Positions 1 to 10,531 of a DNA stretch of 64,000 bases are shown one piece after another. How positions within the stretch are numbered: the first letter of the stretch is position 1; each line of letters starts with the position of its first letter. The stretch is taken from positions 930,001 through 994,000 of the forward strand of contig JASVEC010000001.1 in NCBI GenBank assembly GCA_030770535.1. The letters run 5' to 3'. A program made the position numbers and the translations under genes. A model generated the notes under the pieces. That model was not told the origin of the DNA. It worked only from the letters and a program-made list of their open reading frames with translations, and searched no databases. The stretch comes from Batkoa obscura. Its lineage: Eukaryota.

Positions 1-332
1 TGGTCAGTTAATACTAAATTGACTGTTTTATTCATAATTACTACCATTGAGTTGTAACTATTATTCTCTTTTTCTTTGTAATTACAGATAATTAATTTAG
101 GCTCATTACTCATAATATCCCCTTTAGTGAAACTTAACAAGTTATCATTATTCACATCTTTTAAGTAATATTCATTACCATTGTTTTGAGTATAGAATTT
201 ATATCTAATTTCATTAGTTCCTTCATCCTTGGCTACTAAATATTGATCATTCTCATTATAATGAATCACATACTTTTTTTTCTTTTTCATTTCTTGGTTT
301 ATTTCATTATACTCTGGTGGTAATTCTGACAT
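1..332 (-). CDS. Palindrome-arm family protein, copy A (5' part; runs off window)
   Basis: Translates MSELPPEYNEINQEMKKKKKYVIHYNENDQYLVAKDEGTNEIRYKF...; from ~270 down to 1 essentially identical to the 3327..3998 ORF. Confidence 0.85.
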   Translation of the reverse strand, partial: MSELPPEYNEINQEMKKKKKYVIHYNENDQYLVAKDEGTNEIRYKFYTQNNGNEYYLKDVNNDNLLSFTKGDIMSNEPKLIICNYKEKENNSYNSMVVIMNKTVNLVLTD

Positions 333-526
333 TGTTTTAATTTTTTTGTGAAAAATTAGTTGCTTATATATTATTTGATTGCAAGCTACTTTTATTTACT
401 TCATTCTAAAATGCTTATATTATTTTGTTACAAAAACACATTTATTTCTATTTAGAATAATAGGAATCTTTCATAAACATAACCTTTTTATAAGTAGAAT
501 CTTCGGATAAAATTTATATTAGCATT

Positions 527-621
527 TGGTGGTGTTTTGGCTTCATCACTTTCTCCCTTTTAAGCACTATTTGAGCGGAAAAATTGTTAGTAAAATTCTT
601 AAACACAAAAATACATCCCCA
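527..621 (-). mobile_element. MITE family 1 copy
   Basis: Matches consensus TGGGGATGTATTTTTTGTTTAAGAATTTTACTAACAATCTTTCCRCTCAAATAGCGCTTAAAAATGGAAAAAGTRATGAAACCAAAAAAAACATCCCCA, taken as the + orientation. Confidence 0.85.
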
Positions 622-1024
622 TTTATTTTTGATGAAAAATAGCTTGGAAACTATAGCCTCTCTTTTACATCGTTTATAAGAGTATTTTTAGCTCTTTTAA
701 TCTAGTAAACGATCCTTCTACCTTTGTTATCTGATATGGTATTAACCGATTACTATCATCTCATCTCTCGAGAATTCCTTTATCAAAAATAAGAATTCCA
801 TTACTGATTCGTTTGTTTTAAGATCTTAAGCCAAAGCTTTTTTTCAAAATTTTCGTTTTAAGCTAAGTGATTGTAAAAATACAAGTTGCTTGAGATGAAT
901 TATATTGCTTCAAATCGTTTTGATAGTTTGTTATTTATTATGCGGGGAAACTTAAAAACCAAGTTAAATTATAATTTTTTCCAACATAGTTTAAATTACA
1001 TTTACAAGTGCCATATACACCTTC

Positions 1025-1306
1025 TTTATCAAGTTTTTATAAGCTAACCCATTGCATTATATAAACAATTGAAGCAAATAGCTTAGCAAAGTGTACATAT
1101 ATTATTAAAAAATAAAGTAAACTTCTAAAAATTTTGAACAAAAAATTTCAGAGCGCCCTCAACAAATAATAATTTCAACATTTTTTTAAATAAAAGTAGT
1201 TTTTTTGATGAAGTTTTTTTTAAAATAGCATATGTTACACTTTGTTAAGCTATTTGCTTCAATTGTTTATATAACGCCATAGACTAACTTATAAAAACTT
1301 AATAAA
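1025..1306. mobile_element. Foldback/long-TIR element
   Basis: TTTTTATAAGCTAACC..TTATATAAACAATTGAAGCAAATAGCTTAGCAAAGTGT (~1034-1094) mirrored at ~1236-1298; absent at the mirror site near 21920. Confidence 0.65.
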
Positions 1307-1531
1307 AATTTCATTTAATTAAAAATTTTAAAAAAAGCAGTTATTTATTTTATAGTGCTTAATTACAACTTTTACAGTAAACTAAAATCGAAAAAAAATT
1401 CTTTACTTTAAACTATATAAAGGAGCATTTTCTATTCACTTTCCAGTTTTTCTACTACTTTTTGGTTTTGGATCAACCTATCTTTTAGACCCTTGGACCT
1501 AAATAGCTAGGTTGATTCACTTTTTTGAATA

Positions 1532-1664
1532 TAGCTGTTGCAGCTCTTTTGCGACTTAACTAACAGCATATTTGAGAAAAAATACAAGGCAAAATTGGCC
1601 AAATATTTTGTTCAGATTTAAAAAACTCACTGTAATTAATCTACAAAAACTAGCAAAAAAGTTA
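1532..1664. mobile_element. Degenerate MITE family 2 copy
   Basis: TA+TAGCTGTTGCAGCTCTTTTGCGAC resembles the TIR of 34012..34174; right end degenerate. Confidence 0.4.
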
Positions 1665-1843
1665 TAAAAGATTTTGAATCTAAATTAGTTTTGTTTATAT
1701 AATATGCTTTGAATTTAAGTACAAATAACTGCTTTTGGATTGCTATAATGTAAAAATTATTTTAACATGTTATAAGGATATAATCTTATGATTCAGTTTA
1801 TTAGTAAACACATTATATCTTATATTCATTATCGTTAGATACG

Positions 1844-2769
1844 ATGCCCTCAAATTATAGTGCAACTCTTTATACTGGAGCTAAAATGCCATTTCTCAGT
1901 TTAAGAACGTATAGACCAGTAAAATAAGCAGCAAAAGCAGTCAAAATTACCTTGAATTTAGGATATCGCTACATTGATATGACCAGGATTTATCAAAATG
2001 AAAAAGAGATAGGGGAAGTTATTAAAGAAACAAATGTGCCTCGAGAAGGAATTTTTATCACTCCAAAGCTTTGGAATACCTTTCATCATTGTGGTCGTGT
2101 TGCTAAATCTTCTAATAAAAGTTTAAATGGCCTCTGACTTAACTATTTGAATCTATACCTTATTCGTTGGCCTTATTCTCAACCAGATGGCGAAGGCCTC
2201 TTACCCAAAAATCCGGATGGCACCCTTAAAATTGAGAAGGGGTATACTATTCACAATAGATAGAGAAAGTTTGAAAAATTAGTAAAAAGTGGAAAAATTA
2301 AGGATATTGGATTATCAAATTTTGATATTGATAGTACCAAACAAATATTATCAAAAGCTAAAGTTAGACCTGCTGCGCTCCAAGTTGAACTTCATCTTTA
2401 TCTCCCTCAATATGAGTTGCTTGAACTTTGTAAAAGTGAAAACATTCACATAATTGCCTATTCACTACTTGGATCAGAGTTTATCTCAAAAATTTGTGAG
2501 GATAAAATGATTAGTGATATTGTAAATCGACTAGGAAAAACTACAGTTCAAGTTATTTTAGCTTGGGGGTAATAACACAGCACAATTGTAATTCCAAAAG
2601 CCACGAATGAAGATTTTATTAAAACTAACTTTAAGGATATAGAACTTTCTAAAAAAGATTTGGACACAATATTAAACCTTGGAATTCATCATTGTATTAT
2701 TGATTCAAAAGTTTTTTTTAAAGCTCTTCAGATTTTGAATATTCAAGGTATAAAAAATTATGGTATTTA
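1844..2769 (+). pseudogene. Aldo-keto reductase pseudogene
   Basis: TGAKMPFLSL, GYRYID, YQNEKEIG, IFITPKLWNT, IGLSNF, LQVELH motifs with in-frame stops (e.g. TAA ~1925, TGA 2135). Confidence 0.9.
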
Positions 2770-2928
2770 AATAATAATAATGTGAATAGTAGCTTAAATT
2801 TTCTATAAAAATCATGTTATTAAATGGTATAGAGAATGCTATGACTTAAAAAATTCAAATGAAATAATATAATATTTAAATACAAGTTAGAATTAAACTT
2901 AAAAGCGGTGACATAATAATTCAAGATA

Positions 2929-3013
2929 TGGGAGTGTTTCTTGGTTTCATTACTTTCTCTATTTTCTAAGCGGAAAGATTATTAGTAAAGTTCTTAAACA
3001 AAAATACACCCTA
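2929..3013 (-). mobile_element. MITE family 1 copy (internal deletion)
   Basis: Consensus match, TA flanks. Confidence 0.85.
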
Positions 3014-3326
3014 TATTTACTATGATATTTAAAGATATATCAAATAAATTTATATCTAAGTCAACCAAAAACTTAGATTTATTACAGCTTTGCCATAGTG
3101 GGATATATAGGGCTATTTATTATATTATTTACTTAGTTTAAAAATATAAATTACAAAAAAATAAACTATGAAAACTTATAATCTAAATAAACTATTTGAA
3201 TTTGTATAATTAAATCTTTTATAAAATAATAAAAGCTTTCGTATAAAAACAAAAGTAAATTAAATGTCATTGATAGATTTTATATTAAAATACTTAAAAC
3301 AATTATTTATTTAAAAACATTACTTA

Positions 3327-3998
3327 TTAAAATGGTGAACGATGTGTGTAGCATTTACTACCATCAAACAAATGATCTATAATTTTATCAAAAGTGATAC
3401 TTGACTTATAATTCTGCTTATCCTTTAATTTCTGTTTAATGATGGAATTGGCCCTCATAAATAATAGCCCCATAAATAGATGCTCTAAAAGTGGAATAAA
3501 ATTAAAGTTGAACTTTACTTTGCCAATTTTATTCTCATTTAGTGTCAGAATTTTAGTATTAAACTCAACCAACACTTTACCTTTTGATGATGATGTTGAG
3601 TTTAAAGCTACAATCTCAACGCCTTCTTTTGTATCATTTAAAACGTATTCAAATTGGTTGTTATCATGGTCAGTTAATACTAAATTGACTGTTTTATTCA
3701 TAATTACTACCATTGAGTTGTAACTATTATTCTCTTTTTCTTTGTAATTACAGATAATTAATTTAGGCTCATTACTCATAATATCCCCTTTAGTGAAACT
3801 TAACAAGTTATCATTATTCACATCTTTTAAGTAATATTCATTACCATTGTTTTGAGTATAGAATTTATATCTAATTTCATTAGTTCCTTCATCCTTGGCT
3901 ACCAAATATTGATCATTCTCATTATAATGAATCACATGCTTTTTTTTCCTTTTGACTTCTTGGCTTATTTGATTATACACTGGTGGTGATTCTGACAT
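3327..3998 (-). CDS. Palindrome-arm family protein, copy B (223 aa, function unknown)
   Basis: Intact intronless ORF with five paralogs in the window. Confidence 0.85.
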   Translation of the reverse strand: MSESPPVYNQISQEVKRKKKHVIHYNENDQYLVAKDEGTNEIRYKFYTQNNGNEYYLKDVNNDNLLSFTKGDIMSNEPKLIICNYKEKENNSYNSMVVIMNKTVNLVLTDHDNNQFEYVLNDTKEGVEIVALNSTSSSKGKVLVEFNTKILTLNENKIGKVKFNFNFIPLLEHLFMGLLFMRANSIIKQKLKDKQNYKSSITFDKIIDHLFDGSKCYTHRSPF

Positions 3999-4080
3999 TG
4001 CTTTAATTTTTTTTGTGAAAAGTTGTTTGCTTATATACTATTTGATCACAAGCTATTTTTATTTTACTAAAGTGTTTATA

Positions 4081-4181
4081 TGAGGATGTTTTTTTTGGTT
4101 TCATTATTTTTTCCATTTTTCAAGCACTATTTGAGTGGAAAAACTGCTAGTGAAATTCTTAAACAAAAAAATACATCCCCA
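4081..4181 (-). mobile_element. MITE family 1 copy
   Basis: Consensus match, TA flanks. Confidence 0.9.
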
Positions 4182-4682
4182 TATCATTCTGTTACAAAAT
4201 CACATTACTATTTATATGTTTGACCGTCTTTATAAATAGAACTTGAACAAATTTATATTATATCTATTAAATTTTGTTCAAACAAAGACTTTATACGCAA
4301 TTCCTAACCCAATTTTGCCGATTTGAAAATGATGTAACTGGCCATTTCTTTAGAAACTTAAGATAGTGGCACTTTATGTTACTTTAAAGTAACAACTTTA
4401 AAGTTTATACTTTAAACTAAAAGTGACCAAAAATATATAATTGCTTGAAATGAATAATCAAATGATTCCAAACCACCTTGGTAAATTATTATTACTCTTT
4501 TTTTTATTTTTAAATTTTAATATCATTGAGTTTTAAAATAGATAGAATTATCTATCATACTATTTTAATTATTTATTAAGATACCACTGTTTTTTGTCTC
4601 AAAATCGAAACATTTAATCAAATTTAAAAGATAAATACGCTTCTTTTGACTTAAATCAATAATGTAGCTGATATTAAATGGG

Positions 4683-4820
4683 ATAACCATTTCAGTAGAT
4701 AGAAGAATCAATCTACCCCTGGACACAACAAACTTATGCATCTTTTGTCTGGAAGAGAGAGAATGAGTTTTCTATAGATTCTTTGAATGTCCTATTGCTA
4801 CAAAACTCTGGTTCAAAGTC
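4683..4820 (+). mobile_element. Non-LTR retrotransposon remnant (zf-RVT-like)
   Basis: Translates LCIFCLEERE*VFYRFFECPIATKLW, resembling CxxC..ExxxHxFFxC..AxxxW of LINE ORF2. Confidence 0.55.
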
Positions 4821-5780
4821 TGTTCTGATTCCTTGTAAAAATTCCTTCCCTATCCTAAGAATATAAAAAACTCTTTAACATTTTACTCCAAAACAGGTAA
4901 CATTAAGCTAATCGTTTATTTTAAAGTTGTTGGCTCTATTTTGTTTTCATTGTTTTCATTGTTTCCATTTATATTAGTTTGATATCTAAATTTAAAAGGA
5001 TGATTTATACCCTCCCCTTCAAAAGCTGTAAAATACCTGTTTATGTATTATTTAAATCCATTGTAAATGCTTTTGTATCTCATTAAAACCTCACTCAAAC
5101 TTAACTTTGGCGTTATTTTCTAGGATTTAGAAGTGTTAACGAGGAATACTTTATTATAGACTTGTAAACAATTTTTACTACTTAACTAGTCATTTTTTTA
5201 AATTCACTAGTAATTCTACTCTATGAATAAAACACAAAGTGCTAGTCTTTAAATTCAAATGCAAATCATTTAATAAATTAAAAATAACTGACAATTATAT
5301 TATATTTTGATAATAACCCTCACAACGCCTTTATACAACATCATAAATCTAAATATTCAAAGAGTCATAAAAAATAGAGATATAGCGCTATAATATTAAA
5401 AAGTTGACAATTGAAATAACACATAACTGAAGGTTATGACTTTCTAAAAAGTTATATAAAATTCTAGTTAAAGCGGGAAACAGCTAGGAGCTATTTGATG
5501 TGAAATTTAATAACATATATAGTATAATTTCATTTAAGTATATAAAAGGATCAAGTATGTATTAAAATTTGTATTAAAACCTATATTTATTATTGTTTTA
5601 TTCCAATGAAATATATAGTACTAGTTACTATATGTTTGTTATATTAAAAGTTCCAAGTTAAATAGTTGAAGTTAATTTCTATACTACATACAAATTTTAT
5701 ATTAAACTAAAAACCAACTCAGCATCAATAATAATTGTAGCTTTAACATTGGCAAAAATTTAAAATAAAAATTCAAAATA

Positions 5781-5875
5781 TGAGGATGTTTTGGTTTCAT
5801 TATTTTTTCTATCTTTTAAGCGCTATTTGAGTGAAAAAATTGTTAGTAAAATTCTTAAATACAAATACATTCCCA
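5781..5875 (-). mobile_element. MITE family 1 copy (empty site at ~17002)
   Basis: The mirror arm lacks it and has one TA fewer. Confidence 0.92.
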
Positions 5876-5924
5876 TATATTAAATAATGATCTATTAAAA
5901 AAACAATATAACCAACAACAATAG

Positions 5925-6595
5925 CTAACGATGTATAACACTTTTACTCCCATCAAATAAATGCTTCATAACTTTATTAAAAGTGATACCCTGCTTCTTT
6001 CTTTCATCATATTTAATTTTCTCACTATCAATAGTTGACTTAACCCTCATCAATAATAACCTTATAAGTAAATGTTTTAAAGGTGGAATAAACTCAAGAT
6101 AATATTTTACTTTACCAAATTTGTTTCCTCTTTCCTTGAAAAGGGGAGTTTTAAAGCTAATCAATAGCTTATCATTTGATATTAAATTTAAAGCTATGAT
6201 TTCGGTGCTATTTTTTATATTATTTACGATATACTCAAGTTAATTATTATTAAAAGCAGTTAATTTAAAATTAACTGCTTTATTTAATGTAGCTATTATT
6301 AAATTATACCTATTTTTTTTATTTTTTTTATTTTTTTTATTTTTTTTATTTTTTTTATTTTTTTTATTTTTTTTATTTTTTTTATTTTTTTTATTTTTTT
6401 TATCTTTTTTGTTTTTAATAGTTAAGTTAAGCTTATTTATATTTTAAATATTATTTTTTTCCATTTTTTATTGTATAAAATTTATATACTAACTTTTTAA
6501 TTTTTTTTAGTTATTAATAAGTTACTTTTTCGTTTTTTTCATTTTAGTTTTTAAATGGTTTTACAGTATACTGGTAATAATGATACTATTATCAT
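5925..6595 (-). pseudogene. Palindrome-arm family, copy C (decayed)
   Basis: C-terminal 79 aa match 16322..16954; upstream part has stops and an A-rich octamer expansion. Confidence 0.8.
6311..6410. repeat. (TTTTTTTA)n-like tandem repeat
   Basis: About 11 near-perfect units inside the copy C pseudogene. Confidence 0.9.
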
Positions 6596-6709
6596 TTTAT
6601 TATTTACTAAATAAAATGTAACATATATGATAATTTACATATTTATTCAAAGCTTTTTTTAATTTAATATAGTTTTTATATAGCATTATATTCTATTTTA
6701 AACTTTATT

Positions 6710-6845
6710 TGGGGATGTTTTTTTTGATTTCATTACTTTTCTATTTTCTAAGCGCTATTTGAGTGGAAAGATTGTTAGTAAAATTCTTAAACAAAAAAAT
6801 ACATCCCCAGATGGAAAAAGTGATGAAGTCAAAAAAAAACCCCCA
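6710..6845. mobile_element. MITE family 1 copy (6710-6809) abutting an opposite-orientation fragment (6810-6845)
   Basis: Consensus match. Confidence 0.85.
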
Positions 6846-7365
6846 TGTATAAATTTGAAATATATTAAATTTTGATAATAAAATCATAAAAAATTAAATA
6901 AAATTTATTATATAAATTATAATCAAATTAGTTATAAAAATATTAAAATTATTATAATTAATTCAAGTGATTATTATGATATAATTACTAAATTAATGAA
7001 ATAATATTATATATTATATTAAAAATAAATATTTATTTTAATATTATTTATTATAGTATTAGCAGCTTTATCAATCCAAATGATAAAAATAATACAAGGT
7101 AGATTATATTTACATCCTATAAAAAACATATTAAAAAAAATATTTAGAATATTTTAATGATTTTTATTATTATAGTACTAATATCAAACATATATCAAAA
7201 AAAATTAATGAAAAAGATTATGGATTGACATATCAATTAATTTATACCTTAGTTATAAATAAACAGCTATATAATAAATGAATGGTAGATGTAATATGTC
7301 TTCATTATAAAGGTTATTTAACTGATATAAAAAGTATTAAATTTCAATGCAAACTTGATAATGTA

Positions 7366-7465
7366 TGGGGATGTATTTTTGTGTTTAAGAATTTTACTAA
7401 CAATTTTTCCACTCAAATAACGCTTAAAAAGTGGAAAAAATAATGAAGCCAAAAAAACATCCCCA
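7366..7465 (+). mobile_element. MITE family 1 copy
   Basis: Consensus match, TA flanks. Confidence 0.9.
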
Positions 7466-8248
7466 TATAGGGTTTAGTTTTTAGTGACAATTACTTTCCA
7501 AGTGATTTACAGTGGGTACAAAATAGTATATATATTTGTGAAGATTAATAACATTAAGAAAACAATTTATAATATAAATATTGTCATTGTCTACAAATCG
7601 TTTTTTTAATAGTATTGTTTAGTTGATTGTTATTCCATAAAGTTGTTGAAATATTAATACTTTAGTACTAGTTTTTACAATGATTTTTCAATTTATAATT
7701 AGCTTAATTTATAATAAATTAACTCTTGTATTTAGAGCAGAAAATCAAGCTATATACTTTAAATTAAAAATATCACTAATAATTTCAAACTTTATCTTAC
7801 TTATTTTGAACTAAATTTACAAAACTTTACCTTCAATTTGATTTATTTAACTTGTTATTTTGATCATTATTTATTTAGCGTAAAAGTTCAAAAATATTAT
7901 TACTTAAATAACGAAAAAAACAAAATGGGTTGAATTGCTTTATTGAAATAAATAATAAAATGAAGAGTAATTTTTTTCGATAATTGCTACCTTTAATTAA
8001 AACCTAACTTGTAGATAATAGTAATGTTGATACTCTTTGTTATTAAAAATCAAAAATCAAAATGATTTATTTAGAGAAATAAAAATATATATCAATATCA
8101 ATTCTTTTTAACTATTAATTTAAAAAAAGTTCACGCTATATAACAAATTAGCAAAATAACAAAATAATAGGATAAATAAATAATAAAATAAATAGATAAA
8201 AACTAAACAGTATACTATAACAATTTAAAAAATAACTAAACTATTTCA

Positions 8249-10478
8249 TTAAATCCCCATATCCTCAGCATCTTCATTTAATTCATATATCTCCTCTTCC
8301 TCGTTTTCCTTATCCTCGTCCACATTTAATTTACTACTCTCACAATTACATAATATATCCAAGTTTAAATGACCAGCTTTCAACTTATCAATGACTATTT
8401 GAGCAGCATATTTTTTAGCTTGTTTAACTACTTTACCACTCGCATTTCCAATCAATATCCCATGAATCCAAATATTACATAAAATTCGATTTTCAATATC
8501 AATTCCTTTTTCTTCCTTTTTTAAACATTCCAATTTGAATTCCATACAACCAAATCGATGTAAATATCTTGTTAATTGAACCATTGGATGAACTATAACA
8601 TAATTGGGTTTTAGATGGAAGTCAAAGGTAGGTTTGATTAATTTATTAAATAAACTTTGAATTGTTTGAATATTAAAATTAGAATCAATTAATATTGCAC
8701 CAAATAAAGCTTCTAATACATCTGCAATTACTTTAGGTGCTTTAATATCATGCCAATATTCTTTAATATTCTTTAATTCACTTTCTTCTCTTAATTTTTT
8801 TATAACAATAATAAATTCTGTTATATCGACAATTAATTTACTTGAATGATGAATAATATGTGGGTATAAATCTAATGTTTCCATAATTGTTGCTAATGTA
8901 TTGTTTGATACACATGACTCTTTAATTTCACTCAAAACTCCAGGGGGTTCATTCGGATATTTATGAAACAAATAATCAACAATTAAATAATCTAATATAG
9001 CATCGCCTAAAAATTCTAATCGTTGATAACAAGAAGTTAAAGGTTGAGGATGCGAAGCATGAGTAAATGCTTCAACTAATAAAATTGGATGTTGAAATTT
9101 ATAATCAATTTTATCTTCAATAAAATCAATATCCAATTCACTCAATATATCTAACCTATCAATATCACATGGAATAGATAAATAATTTTGAATATCATCC
9201 CAATTTTTATAATTAGTAGTAATAATACTTAATGCTTGAGCACATTTTAAACCCAATTCTGGCCCATTTGATAACAAAGCAGCACCTAAAATAGCTTCCA
9301 TAATATCAGCCAATCCTTTATCAGCCATTTTAAAATTCAATTGATTTTGATATTCAAATTGATTTTTAGTATAAAAATTGATTGGATACCATTTACTTTT
9401 TATAAATGGCTTTGGATTAACATATTTATATAATTCTAAATTCTTACATAATCGAAATAAACTTCTATTGGAAATTATTCTTAATCTTCGATTATGTAAT
9501 TGAGCTTCGTGATGTTGTGGGAATCTTAAAAATACATCCATTGAAGAAATAAATTTTAAATAAGCATCTCCTAATAATTCTAATCGTTCATAATCTATTG
9601 ATAAATTAGCAGAGGGTAAAGTTAAGGCTTCTAATAAATATTCATCAATAATTTCAGGTAAATTAAGTTTGATTTTGACTTCTTGAACTAATAATAAAGC
9701 TTCAATTCGTGCCATTAAAGATGGTAATAACATGTTTGAATTAAATACTGATATAGGTAATGGATAAGCTAAAGCAAATTCTTTTAATAAATAATTAAAG
9801 CTTTTACTTTGAATTTGTTTTTTTATTTGATTTTGGTTGTTATAATGAGTTAAATAATTTAATACAATATGAATTTTCTTTACTTTTAATATATTCTGAT
9901 TCAAATCTTTAATATTACTTTTTAATTTTAAATTATAATATTCTTTAAAGGTTAGATTAGATTCATTTTTAATAACACTATCCGATGGTATAATAGAATT
10001 AGCTGTTAAACTGAAATCAATTTCATTAACTTTATATCTTGTATTATTATTTAATATATCACAAACAATTAATTCGTTTATATTATTAAAATCAGGATAA
10101 CTAAGTGGATTTAGTGGATTTTTAATAATCTCCCAATCAATTAAATCATTAAAATCATTAGAATTATTCATTTTAATTGGTGCAATAAAATATTGAATTT
10201 GATTAATGTTACATTCAAATAATTTATTAAATATTGATTTAAAACTAAATATTGTATATTTAAATAATAACTCTATTTTTCTTTTACTTAATGGAATTGT
10301 AGGTTGATATGCTTTTTCTATTGTTAAATATACAATTTGCCCTTTTAAAGAAAATTTAATAGGATTAAATTTAGGTAACGGTTGTTGAGTTATTATTATA
10401 AATGGTCGATATTGATTATTCTTACTTATATTATTTAATTCATCTACATTAACTATATTAAAATAACATTTATTCCAT

Positions 10479-10531
<53 letters not shown>

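Larger units (their letters stand above)
1805..5960. repeat. Left arm of large inverted repeat (near-identical core)
   Basis: Reverse complement of ~16920..20978; mirrored ORFs give a constant coordinate sum of 22782 (1952+20830, 3998+18784). Confidence 0.95.

Noticed and set aside
3439..3723. Antisense or shadow ORFs (3439, 10453, 14891, 19059, 22858, 24148, 25926, 31640, 36138, 40476, 41788, 53283)
   Set aside because: Overlap better-supported genes or pseudogenes on the other strand or frame
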